A stretch of 64,000 bases of DNA from an uncultured Gammaproteobacteria bacterium (GTDB taxonomy: Bacteria; Patescibacteriota; Microgenomatia; UBA8517): the NCBI GenBank assembly GCA_964494885.1, contig CAZBTH010000003.1, forward strand, positions 5,983 through 69,982. Reading direction: 5' to 3'. Below are positions 1 to 10,090 of this stretch, piece by piece (the first letter of the stretch is position 1; every line of letters begins with the position of its first letter). The position numbers and the translations under genes are program-made. Below the pieces are notes generated by a model. That model did not search any database and was not told the DNA's origin. It was given only the letters and a program-made list of their open reading frames with translations.

Positions 1-1
1 C

Positions 2-196
2 GAAAACCCTCGGCGCAAGGTGCTTGAAATGCTTGTCGCGTTGAAGGCACTCCAGAAGATTCTGGACGAAATCAAGGCTTCCGAAAGCACCAACAAGCCC
101 ACCGAACCGAAACAACCGCCTGCGGCGACCGGTGTGCCCAAAGTGGAATTGCCCGAAGAGTTCCAAAAGTTTTTTGACGAACGCAACTTTAAATAA
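2..196 (+). CDS. Hypothetical protein, 5' partial
   Basis: Open frame from the window edge (ENPRRKVLEML...FFDERNFK) to TAA at 194-196, followed by a terminator. Confidence 0.6.
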   Translation, partial: ENPRRKVLEMLVALKALQKILDEIKASESTNKPTEPKQPPAATGVPKVELPEEFQKFFDERNFK

Positions 197-215
197 TTTA
201 GCAGTACTTGGGATC

Positions 216-252
216 ACACCCGTATAAGAACTTTTTATACGGGTGTTTTTTT
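216..252 (+). terminator. Rho-independent terminator
   Basis: cacccgtataa / ttatacgggtg stem followed by a T-run. Confidence 0.85.
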
Positions 253-328
253 GCTTGCCCGTCAAAAACGCCCTTGCGATGCAAACACGGAGTATTTGAG
301 AGTAAGTAGGTTTTGGCGGGGAAAAAAG

Positions 329-724
329 CTAAAACTCAGCCACGGGCATATGAAGATGTTTTTGGATATCACGGACTTCTCCTTGAACCTTTAAATAGTT
401 TTTGTCATGAAAGTTGAATAGTTTATCGAATTTTCGATCAAGTTTGTCAATTTTTGTATTTAATTTCTTGTCAATTTTTTGAAGCTCTTTCTTAGTAGCC
501 AATGGTTCTAGATCTTTTTTTGTAGCAAGTGATTTAAGATCTTCCTTCGAGGCTAATAGTTCTAGATCTTTTTTTGCAGCAAATTGTTCTAATTCTTTCT
601 TGGTGGCAAGTAATTCAATTTCCTTTTTTGTAGCAAGCAATTTAGTTTCTGACTGTACAATCCTTTTAGTTTCTGACTGTACAATCCCTTTAATCGCCTG
701 AAGGTCCTGCTTTGTTAGTGTCAT
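329..724 (-). CDS. Coiled-coil protein with 9-aa LATKK(E/D)L repeats (DUF1640-like)
   Basis: About six tandem 27-nt repeats encoding LATKKELE-type units. Confidence 0.7.
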   Translation of the reverse strand: MTLTKQDLQAIKGIVQSETKRIVQSETKLLATKKEIELLATKKELEQFAAKKDLELLASKEDLKSLATKKDLEPLATKKELQKIDKKLNTKIDKLDRKFDKLFNFHDKNYLKVQGEVRDIQKHLHMPVAEF

Positions 725-826
725 AACTCATTAAATATCCCCCCACCCACCTTGTCAATTATATCTATCCGTATTACAATGAAATCTAGCCACAAGATCT
801 CCCCTCGGGAAGCACTTTGAACTTGG

Positions 827-2632
827 TTGAAAAGTTTTTGTGGCGTTCAAAAAATGTTTAAAATCTTTAAACGATTCTACTGGTTCATTTGGAAGCACAA
901 GTGGTGGTTCATCCTAGCGCAGCTGGCCACGACTATTGCTATCGTGCTTGAACTCATTACCCCCTATTTCTTTAAACTTTTTGTGGAAACTCTTCAAAGG
1001 AATGACTTGAATCATCTCTATACATTAATTCTGATCTTCATTGGAGTTTTGTTCGGCAGTCTTGTTTTTGACAATCTAAAGTTTTTTCTTGGCGACATTG
1101 TCTCGGTAGACACTGCCATAGACATAAGAACAACTATATTTAAATATATTCAGGAATTGGACTTCTCGTTTCATGCCGGAAAAAGCACTGGTTCTTTGAT
1201 TAGCGCTTTCAAGCGCGGTGACAACGCCTTTTGGGGACTTTACGAGCGCCTAAACCAAAGGATGTGGCAAATTTTTATCGGTTTTTTTGTAATGGGTTAC
1301 TTTTTTCTAAAAATCGATCCACGATTCATACTTATTTTCTTTATTTCTTTCCTCCTAACACTTGTGGCAACAAAATATCTGGCCGGTATGAACATCCGTA
1401 CGCGTGAAGAGTTTAACGAATACGAAGATAAAATATCCGGCATTATCACTGATAATTTGATCAATTACGAAACGGTAAAACTTTTTGCCAAGGAAAACTG
1501 GGAAATTGAACGGCTAAGGTCTACATTTCGTGATTGGAAAAAATTTCTTTGGAGGCATTTTTATACTTATAGGTATATTGACATGAGTGTTGGAAGTTTA
1601 ATCAACCTCTCCATATTCATTGTTTTGGCCTTTTCCCTGAACTTAATTAAGGCCGGTCAAATAGGCATCGGAGATTTTATCCTTGTTGTATCTTACGTAA
1701 ATTTGTTCTTTCCCAAGCTTTTTGATCTGATTTATGGTTTGCGCGAAATCTCAACAAGTTATGCTGACATCAAAAAATACTTTGATTTGCTGGATTACGA
1801 AATAGATGTAAAAGACCCAATAAGCCCTGTAAGCAAAGATCACGTCAACGGCATAATTGAATTTAAAGATGTCTCTTTTACCTACGGCGGGCGAAGCAAA
1901 AATGCGATTAATGGTGTTGATTTGGAGATTAAAAAAGGACAATCTGTGGCTTTGGTTGGTAGAAGCGGCAGTGGTAAAACTACGTTGGCAAAACTTTTAA
2001 TGAGATTCTACGATATCGATTCCGGAGAAATAACAATCGATGGAGTAAATATTAAAGATTTTACAAAAAGTACTCTAAGGGGATTTGTCGGAGTTGTTCC
2101 CCAAGAGCCCATTCTTTTCAATAATACTATCGCCTACAACATTGGCTACGGCTTCGGACAGGGTCGTCGGACAGGGTCGGACCCTGTCAAACAACCCGCC
2201 CGGAAAGGGTCCGACCTTTCAGAAATTAGAGCAGCTTCAAAACTTGCCAATATTGATGACTTTATTGAAAGCCTAAAGAAAAAATACGATACAGAGGTCG
2301 GCGAACGCGGGGTTAAACTTTCCGGAGGCCAAAAGCAGCGCTTGGCCATAGCGCGGATGATATTAAGCGACCCCGATATTGTTGTATTTGATGAGGCTAC
2401 AAGCCATCTTGATAGCGAGAGCGAAAAACTTATTCAGGATGCGTTTTGGAAAGCCAGAAAGGGAAAAACTACCATCATCATCGCCCACCGTTTGTCTACT
2501 ATCATGAGGGCGGACAAAATTGTGGTTATGGAACATGGGCATATTAAAGAAACAGGAACTCACGAGGGATTGGTGAAGAAAAAAGACAGTTTGTATTCCC
2601 ACTTCTGGAATTTACAAATTAAATTGGACTGA
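827..2632 (+). CDS. ABC exporter, fused permease and ATP-binding domains (start may be ATG 854)
   Basis: N-terminal TM domain, Walker A GRSGSGKT, LSGGQKQR signature, Walker B VVFDE, H-loop AHRL. Confidence 0.95.
   Translation: MKSFCGVQKMFKIFKRFYWFIWKHKWWFILAQLATTIAIVLELITPYFFKLFVETLQRNDLNHLYTLILIFIGVLFGSLVFDNLKFFLGDIVSVDTAIDIRTTIFKYIQELDFSFHAGKSTGSLISAFKRGDNAFWGLYERLNQRMWQIFIGFFVMGYFFLKIDPRFILIFFISFLLTLVATKYLAGMNIRTREEFNEYEDKISGIITDNLINYETVKLFAKENWEIERLRSTFRDWKKFLWRHFYTYRYIDMSVGSLINLSIFIVLAFSLNLIKAGQIGIGDFILVVSYVNLFFPKLFDLIYGLREISTSYADIKKYFDLLDYEIDVKDPISPVSKDHVNGIIEFKDVSFTYGGRSKNAINGVDLEIKKGQSVALVGRSGSGKTTLAKLLMRFYDIDSGEITIDGVNIKDFTKSTLRGFVGVVPQEPILFNNTIAYNIGYGFGQGRRTGSDPVKQPARKGSDLSEIRAASKLANIDDFIESLKKKYDTEVGERGVKLSGGQKQRLAIARMILSDPDIVVFDEATSHLDSESEKLIQDAFWKARKGKTTIIIAHRLSTIMRADKIVVMEHGHIKETGTHEGLVKKKDSLYSHFWNLQIKLD
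2170..2220. repeat. Inverted doublet of REP-like palindromes in frame in the ABC gene
   Basis: gacagggtcggaccctgtc (2170-2188) and gaaagggtccgacctttc (2203-2220) share the GGTCGGACC core of the RAYT-flanking REPs. Confidence 0.8.
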
Positions 2633-2681
2633 AAAAATAAACAAATCTACAAATAATCAAATAAACAAATAAATTTCAAAT
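2633..2681. repeat. 8-nt CAAATnnn tandem array, one arm flanking four-helix gene A
   Basis: aaataaac aaatctac aaataatc aaataaac aaataaat. Confidence 0.85.
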
Positions 2682-2684
2682 GAT

Positions 2685-3050
2685 TTAATGTTTTGAATTT
2701 AATATAATTTTGCTAACTATCAATAATATTTCTTGTGCCTCTTTTATATAAGGCTCAGTAAGCCTTGGATCCAACATTGATGTATCTGAAACGAGAGTAA
2801 GCCAATATTTCGTTTCTTTGGTTTCTTTTTTAACAATCGTATATTTTAAAATAAAGTCTTTGTTTGAGTTGGCTGCGTCTGCTTCCTGATCATTGGCTCC
2901 CATAGATGTAAGCGAAGCTGAAATTTGTTGGATTATTGGTATATTTTCAATATTTTTTGGGATTTTACGAACAATATTTATGAAACACTCAACCACAAAC
3001 TTATGAATCCTTACATGAATATCCTTATCTGTCCCAACATATTCATTCAT
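2685..3050 (-). CDS. Four-helix bundle protein A (TIGR02436-type, 23S rRNA IVS/Avd-like)
   Basis: QISASLTSMGANDQEA...KDFILKYTIVKKETKETKYWL matches the family pattern. Confidence 0.85.
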   Translation of the reverse strand: MNEYVGTDKDIHVRIHKFVVECFINIVRKIPKNIENIPIIQQISASLTSMGANDQEADAANSNKDFILKYTIVKKETKETKYWLTLVSDTSMLDPRLTEPYIKEAQEILLIVSKIILNSKH

Positions 3051-3064
3051 TAAATAATTCTATC

Positions 3065-3103
3065 ATTTATTTGTAATTTGCAGATTTGACTATTTGTTTA
3101 TTG
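3065..3103. repeat. 8-nt array, inverted arm flanking four-helix gene A
   Basis: atttatttgtaatttgcagatttgactatttgtttattg is the reverse-complement type of 2633-2681. Confidence 0.8.
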
Positions 3104-3109
3104 AAGTAC

Positions 3110-3325
3110 TTACTCTTCTTTACTTTGCATACCCAATAACCAGAGGACAGCTTCTTTCTTATAACGGCGATCCCCTCTTGAATTTATTCTGATTGCAGGG
3201 AGTTTGCCCCGTTTACCCCATCTTTTTATAGTTAAAGGGGAGACGCGGAGAACATCTGCAACTTCACGAACTGTTAGTAAATCCGGTAGATTCTCAAGTT
3301 TTACTTTCTTTTTTCCTTCTTCCAT
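3110..3325 (-). CDS. Excisionase/MerR-type HTH DNA-binding protein
   Basis: LLTVREVADVLRVSPLTIKRW...GKLPAIRINSRGDRRY. Confidence 0.9.
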   Translation of the reverse strand: MEEGKKKVKLENLPDLLTVREVADVLRVSPLTIKRWGKRGKLPAIRINSRGDRRYKKEAVLWLLGMQSKEE

Positions 3326-3352
3326 ATTTTTTGTGTTGCTTACCGAAAAGGT

Positions 3353-3436
3353 AGTTAGTATGTTGTATATGGTATATAGATTCTGAAATTTGCTTTCTCT
3401 ATATACTATATACTATATACGATATACGATATACTT
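3353..3436. repeat. Gene-less inverted pair of TAGTATA/TATACTA heptamer arrays
   Basis: tagtatgttgtatatggtatataga ... tctatatactatatactatatacgatatacgatatact. Confidence 0.8.
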
Positions 3437-3572
3437 TGTACCCATCCCCTGCCTATCAACGATCTATCTTAGTCAGACAATATCAAAGCGAAACAGCTCC
3501 GTCAAGGACCAATTTACAATAATTACATATTGCAAATTAAATTTCGTGTTGTTATATTGGCTGACAAATTAA

Positions 3573-4067
3573 ATGGAAAGAACTGGAGAATATATAAAAG
3601 AAGCATATAAGTTTGCGGCAGCTAATTCAACTGATCTTAGTACTCAAATCGGCGCAATTCTTGTTGATGGGTCCGGTATACCTGTAGCCTGGGGAGCAAA
3701 CCATTTCCCAAGGGGTGTTGCCGAAACTTCCGAAAGACTCCAAAGACCAGCCAAATATCTGTACGTTGCTCACGCAGAACTTGAATCAATCCTTAATGCG
3801 GCAAGAAACGGTGTAAAAACGGAAGGGCTTAGTATGTACGGCACATGGGTCGCATGCAACGAATGCGCAAAATCAATAATTGACTCAGGAATCGTTAAGG
3901 TTGTAGGGCACAAAAAAGCGATGGACGCGGCACCCGAGAGATGGCTTGAACCGATAAGAATCGCAGCAGGAATGTTTGAAGAAGCCGGAGTTGTATTTGA
4001 AAACTGGGAAGGCGATATTGGCGGAGATATTGTAATCCGCTTTAACGAACAACCATTCAAACCTTAA
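3573..4067 (+). CDS. dCMP deaminase (ComEB-like) family zinc deaminase
   Basis: HAE motif, CxxC (ACNECAK) and IGAILV. Confidence 0.9.
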   Translation: MERTGEYIKEAYKFAAANSTDLSTQIGAILVDGSGIPVAWGANHFPRGVAETSERLQRPAKYLYVAHAELESILNAARNGVKTEGLSMYGTWVACNECAKSIIDSGIVKVVGHKKAMDAAPERWLEPIRIAAGMFEEAGVVFENWEGDIGGDIVIRFNEQPFKP

Positions 4068-5599
4068 AAATCGTATATTTTAGAATATTTTTCTTCCAGA
4101 TATTGAAGGTTAACGTTTGGGTCAACCCCGTACATAATTCTTTCAGAATTTTTACGGGGCGAGACTTCCATTTTATTTTTCTTCAAAAGCTCCTCCAGTG
4201 TGTACGTACTCCCATACTTATGTATCTGTTCCTTGAGCCAATGTTCTATATTTTTTATTTTTAAACTGTAATTTTGATCTTTGATTTTTGATTTTTGAAT
4301 TTGATGTTCCCATTGCGCTCCTAAAAACGTTCCAAGACTGTAAGTCGGAAAATATCCCACCGTTCCCCCACTCCAGTGGATATCCTGGAGTACCCCTTCA
4401 GAATCGTTTTTGGGAGTAATTCCCAAGTATTCCTTCATTTTTGCATTCCAAATCTCCGGTAAATCTTTGACTTTCATTTTTCCTTCGATTAGTCCTTCCT
4501 CGATTTCAAATCTAAGCATAATATGGAAGTGGTAAGTAACTTCGTCGGCCTCTACCCGAAGAAGGCTTGGGCGGACTTTGTTAAAGTAAGAAAAATAGCT
4601 GGTTACTGGTAGCTGTTTGCTGATTACTGAATCAAAATCTTTTTTAAAATAATTGATAAACTCAGAGCTTCGGCCGACAAAGTTTTCCCAAAAACGGGAT
4701 TGAGATTCATGAATTGCCAAACTTGACCCCCCACCGATCGGGGTCATTTCCAGCTCCGGTGAAGACTGTAGGTCATAAAGTGCGTGGCCAAACTCGTGAA
4801 CTACCGCCAAAAGACTTCTTCCAAAATCGCGCTCATGATACCAAGTAGTGATCCTTGTGTCCTGATTTGAAAAGGACGTGGTAAATGGATGCGCGGAGGT
4901 ATCAAGCCGGAAATTTTGGCCAAAATCTTTCCACAGGTACCTTAATATTTTGTCATTTAATCCTGACATCTTATGCCTGTCATATTTTGCATTCTCGAGC
5001 GGGTGGGTTTTAAAATAATTTGGAGATGTTACGATACTCTTTAATATATTTTGAAGTGGTTGTTTGATTTTAACGAAAAAATATTCGACCGACTTAGAAG
5101 TTAACCCTTCTTCAAATTGATCCAGAAGCGCGTCATAGGGAGAATCTTTATAGCCCAAATATTCAGCCGCTTTTTTGTTCATGTCAAAAATTTTTGACAG
5201 AGATTTTTCAAATATTTTGAAATCGTTCTTTTCCTTGGCTTCTCTCCAAATAACAGTAGCCGTATTGGTTAGCCTTTCAAAATCTTCAATAAAGTCGCTT
5301 GGTAATTTCTCGTAATATTTTAGAGATCTCAAAAGAATCCGGACCACCCCCCTTTCCTGATCGGTCATTTGCTTAATGTCCTCTGCTTTATGCAACAAAC
5401 TTACAAAGTCTTGATCAAGAAACATCTTTTGCCTGATAACCGAGAGTCTGCCAAGTGCCTCACCGCGCGCAGAAGCTCCCTTTGGAGGCATGTAAGTTTC
5501 TAGATCCCAGTGGGCGATTGCCGAGGTGTAGCTTAGTGCCCACAAATCTTTGTATTTATCCAAAATTGAGAGGATCGTTTTGTTTTTGAAAGGTTTCAT
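4064..5599 (-). CDS. Carboxypeptidase M32 (Taq-like)
   Basis: HPF, HEFGH, HESQS, RVEADE, GVLQDIHW and GYFPTY motifs. Confidence 0.95.
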   Translation of the reverse strand: MKPFKNKTILSILDKYKDLWALSYTSAIAHWDLETYMPPKGASARGEALGRLSVIRQKMFLDQDFVSLLHKAEDIKQMTDQERGVVRILLRSLKYYEKLPSDFIEDFERLTNTATVIWREAKEKNDFKIFEKSLSKIFDMNKKAAEYLGYKDSPYDALLDQFEEGLTSKSVEYFFVKIKQPLQNILKSIVTSPNYFKTHPLENAKYDRHKMSGLNDKILRYLWKDFGQNFRLDTSAHPFTTSFSNQDTRITTWYHERDFGRSLLAVVHEFGHALYDLQSSPELEMTPIGGGSSLAIHESQSRFWENFVGRSSEFINYFKKDFDSVISKQLPVTSYFSYFNKVRPSLLRVEADEVTYHFHIMLRFEIEEGLIEGKMKVKDLPEIWNAKMKEYLGITPKNDSEGVLQDIHWSGGTVGYFPTYSLGTFLGAQWEHQIQKSKIKDQNYSLKIKNIEHWLKEQIHKYGSTYTLEELLKKNKMEVSPRKNSERIMYGVDPNVNLQYLEEKYSKIYDF

Positions 5600-5650
5600 C
5601 AGGAGATTTTATCACATGACATACTCTCCGCAACAAGTTGCAACTTACCT

Positions 5651-6448
5651 TTAGCATGTCTTCCTTGAATCTGCTTCATCCTTCGCTACAAGCAGCGAGG
5701 TATTTGCAGGTTCTCGAATAAAATATTTATCGATGAATTCACCCATTACTTTATTTACTTCCGCAACCACTGCCTTGTGACGGCGGTAGCCATGATCTGA
5801 ATTTAACTCGTGGAGCATTTTTGGCCCAGGAACAGATTCATATATTTCTTCAATTTCGCGGGGGGTGTAATACCTGTCGTCAGTCCCCGAGAATAATAAT
5901 TTTGGTTTCTTGCATTCTTTCAGAATAGCCAGAGTATCAAATTTTTCTCCGTCCTTAAAATATTCAATAGGTAGAGCAAATTCTTTCTGTTCCTTGGTCC
6001 TTTCACTTCCAGGTGGAATATCCCTATGCTCAATCTGAACTCCATCTTTGACAGACTTGGGAGGTGTAGGCGGTTCATACGAAGACATTACCAAAATAAT
6101 ACCGATTACATTTGGATTAACACTTGCCAATATAGCCACATTTCCACCTCGAGAGTGGCCAAGTAACAAAGTTGGCTTATTTCCATAATATTCAATTAAT
6201 TCATTAACGGCTTTAAGATAGTTGGTAGTTGTAAAAAGTTCGGTTCCTCCCGGACTTTCCCAGGTGCCGGGCGGGTCAATCGCCACAGTATAAAACCCTT
6301 TGCCGTCTAAATATTCCTGGTGGCTAACAAAATTGGCGTAATCTTTGGTATCAATCTTACCGGGAAGCATAAGAACGACTTTTGAAGCGTTTTTGTTCCC
6401 TTTTTCGTTTACCGCCAGTGTAAATGATTTAGTATTAACCAAATTCAT
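5651..6448 (-). CDS. Alpha/beta hydrolase
   Basis: GHSRG nucleophile elbow, with GTDD and DH as likely Asp/His positions. Confidence 0.85.
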   Translation of the reverse strand: MNLVNTKSFTLAVNEKGNKNASKVVLMLPGKIDTKDYANFVSHQEYLDGKGFYTVAIDPPGTWESPGGTELFTTTNYLKAVNELIEYYGNKPTLLLGHSRGGNVAILASVNPNVIGIILVMSSYEPPTPPKSVKDGVQIEHRDIPPGSERTKEQKEFALPIEYFKDGEKFDTLAILKECKKPKLLFSGTDDRYYTPREIEEIYESVPGPKMLHELNSDHGYRRHKAVVAEVNKVMGEFIDKYFIREPANTSLLVAKDEADSRKTC

Positions 6449-6487
6449 ACTTGAAGTATACCAAAGTCTGAAAGATGTGTTACAGCG

Positions 6488-6511
6488 CCTTGCAAGGTCG
6501 GACCTTTAAAG
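6488..6511. repeat. REP palindrome upstream of RAYT
   Basis: ccttgcaaggtcggacctttaaag. Confidence 0.85.
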
Positions 6512-6527
6512 ATAATATTTAATTAAC

Positions 6528-7217
6528 ATGCCCACAAAAAACTCCATTAAAATTTACGCAGAAAACACTATCTATCATGTTTACAATCGCGGCGTGGAAA
6601 AAAGAGATATCTTTCTAGACGAACAGGATTATAAAGTTTTTCTTGGATACCTAAAAGAATACTTGTCCCCACCCCCAAGTCTTGAAGATAGAATAAAAAA
6701 ATCTTTTACCTTAAAAGGTCGGACCTTTAAAGGTGTATCAAGACAGCCCAATAATTACTGCGAAAAAATTGATCTTTTGGCGTATTGTCTAATGCCCAAT
6801 CATTTTCACTTCATATTAAAACAAAATGATGACAAGAACACTTTGAAGGAATTTATGCGATCCCTACTTACAAGGTATTCAGTATATTTCAATAAAAAAT
6901 ATGAGCGTGTCGGATCGTTATTCCAAGGTAAATATAAAGCGATTATCGTAATGGACGAAGTCTATCTACTCCATCTGTCGAGATATATTCACATAAATCC
7001 TTATGAGATAACCAAAGATCTTGTAAACGCATATTCTTCTTATGCCGAATATTTAGGCATTAGGCACACAGATTGGATAAAACCAAAGCTTATACTTTCC
7101 TATTTTACCAATCAAAAAACGACCCCCGAATTTACAGCAATCAATACTTATAAAAGTTTCGTAGAAAATTATTTAAAAGATAATTCGAACATATTGGAAG
7201 GTCTAAGATTAGAGTAG
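6528..7217 (+). mobile_element. REP-associated tyrosine transposase (RAYT, Y1/IS200-like HUH)
   Basis: YHVYNRG, LAYCLMPNHFH (HUH), LFQGKYK, YIHINP and YSSY motifs; flanked by inverted REPs with an internal copy at 6708-6734. Confidence 0.92.
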
Positions 7218-7242
7218 CTTTAAAGGTCCGACCTTTAAAGCT
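7216..7242. repeat. REP palindrome downstream of RAYT, inverted orientation
   Basis: agctttaaaggtccgacctttaaagct. Confidence 0.9.
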
Positions 7243-7799
7243 TAATCGGTTTCGTATTCAATCACGACCCAAGGAGTTGGTTTATTAAAGCCGCACATTC
7301 TTAAGACATCAATTGAAGCCTCCCTATGTTTACCGTTTTCCACTCTTGAACCCCGAATTGCGATTTCGTCATTCTTAAAAAGGTTTTCATATACCACCCT
7401 ATCATGTATCACCTGCCCTAATCCATATAAATATTGCGGAAGGTTGTCGGTATGTCTTTTCAATTCACTGACATCGTGGGTTTCTGAATATTCTTTGAAT
7501 TTATGTTCAAATTCTCCGTATTCAGGATAGCCTTTAGGCTTAATTGGGTTTTGCTCTCTTAGAAACTTTGCCGACATTAATTCACCCCACGCTTGAGTAT
7601 CAATAACTCCTTGGCTATTTACAACACCCAGCTGATTAAGATACTGATTTAATAGCTGTCTAACACCGGCAGCTGCAGCCGGATCTTCGTGGCTTTTCTC
7701 TACAAGCCATGCCCAAAGCTTATCAATTTCTTCTGCACGCGTTTCCGAAGAACGCCTCTCGAATTGCTCTCCTCCTCTACCGAATCCACCCATATCCAT
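7242..7799 (-). CDS. Hypothetical protein
   Basis: 185-aa ORF starting 2 nt after the uppS stop; no recognisable motif. Confidence 0.7.
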   Translation of the reverse strand: MDMGGFGRGGEQFERRSSETRAEEIDKLWAWLVEKSHEDPAAAAGVRQLLNQYLNQLGVVNSQGVIDTQAWGELMSAKFLREQNPIKPKGYPEYGEFEHKFKEYSETHDVSELKRHTDNLPQYLYGLGQVIHDRVVYENLFKNDEIAIRGSRVENGKHREASIDVLRMCGFNKPTPWVVIEYETD

Positions 7800-7801
7800 T
7801 T

Positions 7802-9076
7802 TTATGCAACCCTCTCCTTCAGGGCTCTGTAATATTTTTGAAGATAATCTTCTGCTTTAGCCCAATGAGCTTCCCCCGCCCCAGCTATGGCCAAATTGCG
7901 CTCCACTGCGGCCAAGATTCGGAGGTGAGCCGCTTTTGCGGCCTGAAAAAGCGATATGCGATAGACCTCGGCATAAAGTTCTTTGGCAGTTTGCTCCGCC
8001 TCAAAAGAAGATTCCACAGAGTCCTTGCCGGCAAGCTCCCTATTCATTTTGACCTCAAGTGAGGCAACAAGTTCCGGCTCAAATGCCAGTTTGAGTTCGT
8101 CTTTCACTAATTTGTAAAATTTCTTCATTTTTCCTTTCGCCTCTATGAACTTACTTGCTTTTTCATAAACAAAGGCCTCTATTAATAGTTTTGCTGCTTG
8201 AATCGCCAGAGTCTTACTTAACCCATACTGCTCTTTGATGTGTTTCATAACATAGTCGCGGATGCGGACGCCTTCGGGAATGTTTTTGAGGCGCCACCAA
8301 GAAAGCTCCAAGCGGGCGGCGATTTCCGGATTGAATTTTAAGTGCTCCTCGGCGTCATTTCCACCAAACCTGCGCCTGCGGCGGCTAAAATCCAAAACTG
8401 CATCCTTCAATTTTTCGGGTCCAAAGTCAGGAAAATGATCGTTTTCGAAATAGTATTCGGTATAGGGTGACTGCCAAAGCAACATTCCGCTGGTTCTTTG
8501 TTCCCCGCTGGTTCTTATCATCAAATCCACATATGGATAAGGCTGGCCTTTTGTATCGAGATATTTTTCAAACAACTTTTTGTCAATACTCCCGGCAGGG
8601 ACTTTGTCTATCACCATTTTTTGAACCGCGCGGATGATTTCATCGTGTCCGCCGTAATCTATGGCAATATTCATAATGTATTTTTTATTGTCTTTTGTTT
8701 CTATTTCCGCTTTGGCAATTTTTGATAGAAGGAATTTGGGCAGACGGTCTTTTCGCCCCAGGTGAACTATTTTTACGTTGTCCTTTTTGGCATCTGACAA
8801 GTATTGATTTATCATTCTTGAATACAGCTTCATCAGATAGCCTATTTCCTCTGTGGTTCTGTCCCAGTTCTCGGTAGAGAATCCCCACAGGGTAACCGTA
8901 TGAATTCCCCAACTTCTCGACGACTTGCAAATTTCAACAGCAGTGTCAAACCCTTTTTTGTGCCCCTGAAGGGTGTTTAGCCCCCTGGCCCTTGCCCATC
9001 TGCGGTTGCCGTCGGGAATGATGGCAATATGATTTGGAACAACGGTGTCTTTGGGGAGAATTAGATTATTTGACAT
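7802..9076 (-). CDS. uppS: Undecaprenyl-diphosphate synthase with ~185-aa C-terminal extension
   Basis: HIAIIPDGNRRWA, FSTENW, IRTSGEQRTSG and RRFGG motifs. Confidence 0.93.
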   Translation of the reverse strand: MSNNLILPKDTVVPNHIAIIPDGNRRWARARGLNTLQGHKKGFDTAVEICKSSRSWGIHTVTLWGFSTENWDRTTEEIGYLMKLYSRMINQYLSDAKKDNVKIVHLGRKDRLPKFLLSKIAKAEIETKDNKKYIMNIAIDYGGHDEIIRAVQKMVIDKVPAGSIDKKLFEKYLDTKGQPYPYVDLMIRTSGEQRTSGMLLWQSPYTEYYFENDHFPDFGPEKLKDAVLDFSRRRRRFGGNDAEEHLKFNPEIAARLELSWWRLKNIPEGVRIRDYVMKHIKEQYGLSKTLAIQAAKLLIEAFVYEKASKFIEAKGKMKKFYKLVKDELKLAFEPELVASLEVKMNRELAGKDSVESSFEAEQTAKELYAEVYRISLFQAAKAAHLRILAAVERNLAIAGAGEAHWAKAEDYLQKYYRALKERVA

Positions 9077-9743
9077 GTGATGTGATTATATCAAGAATAT
9101 TGTCGCGATTCACAATTTGCCAGCCGTTTTCCATTGCAATTGCCTGGAGCTTCTCATTAGGCTCCATTACGAATGCGTGCTCAACGAGTTCCAACATATC
9201 AGCGTCATTTTCTGAATCCCCAACTGCAAAAGATCCGCCTTTGCCGTATTTTGAAACCAAATCTGCGACAATTCCTTTATTTCCCGCCAGACTTCGTTCA
9301 ACTCTTCCTGTAAATTTACCATCTTCTATCTCCGCAACCGAGGAAACATGATTTGGAACCCCAAAAATTTTCCCTAAAGCTTCGCACATAAACTGAAAGT
9401 TCGTGGTAACCAAAAAAATGTCATATGTATCTTTAATCTTAGAAGTAAGTTTTTCGAAATACGGAAAAAATTTGGCTTTGTTTTTTGATAGGTATTTAAA
9501 AGTGTCATCAAGCATTATTTTATAATCCACTTCTTTCAAGGCATTTGCTGAAACCTTGAGCATTGAATTTGCGGCGTCGGTATAGTTTTGATTGCCATTT
9601 TTGTATTCGTTAAGTTCCCAGAGTATTTTGTCCCAAGTCCCTTTGGCAATAAATCCTCTTTTTTCTTGGTCTTGAACCTGATCAAAAATGGAGTGACCTT
9701 CGTATATAACGCCGTCAATATCAAAAAGCGCTAGTTTTTTCAT
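9066..9743 (-). CDS. HAD-IB family phosphatase
   Basis: FDIDG motif I and GDSEND motif IV; overlaps the uppS start. Confidence 0.9.
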   Translation of the reverse strand: MKKLALFDIDGVIYEGHSIFDQVQDQEKRGFIAKGTWDKILWELNEYKNGNQNYTDAANSMLKVSANALKEVDYKIMLDDTFKYLSKNKAKFFPYFEKLTSKIKDTYDIFLVTTNFQFMCEALGKIFGVPNHVSSVAEIEDGKFTGRVERSLAGNKGIVADLVSKYGKGGSFAVGDSENDADMLELVEHAFVMEPNEKLQAIAMENGWQIVNRDNILDIITSHVK

Positions 9744-9840
9744 ATCTTTATTTTATATCATTTTGAAAAAATTAATTAAATAGCCTTCACACTGATATAT
9801 CTATATATAACGATGTATCAGAAAAATGTTAAAAAAACCT

Positions 9841-9868
9841 TGTTCTATTGTTCTAGAACAGTAGAACA
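9841..9868. repeat. Palindromic 8-mer array
   Basis: tgttctattgttct / agaacagtagaaca. Confidence 0.7.
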
Positions 9869-9889
9869 AACAAATAGGATTTGGGGATT

Positions 9890-10030
9890 TTAGAGAGTTT
9901 CGAGATCATTTTCCTCTCTTTCGGTCGGTTCGTGTATTACAGGTGCCCCTCTCCCCTCGTGCCCGCTTCCAATTGTGCCCAACTCGTCATCAAGCTGGTC
10001 TTCTGAGTTTTGTTCTTGTCTTTCTGTCAT
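9890..10030 (-). CDS. Small acidic protein (46 aa), not in the ORF track
   Basis: MTERQEQNSEDQLDDELGTIGSGHEGRGAPVIHEPTEREENDLETL, preceded by the SD-like GGGGTGA. Confidence 0.55.
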   Translation of the reverse strand: MTERQEQNSEDQLDDELGTIGSGHEGRGAPVIHEPTEREENDLETL

Positions 10031-10090
10031 ATTGAATCACCCCCAATCGTATCGTGCACTAGGTTAGTCTTCTTTGGTATAATTCACCCC

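Noticed and set aside
3204-3572. Two 60-aa ORFs
   Set aside because: One is antisense to the HTH gene and the other is largely translated heptamer repeat.
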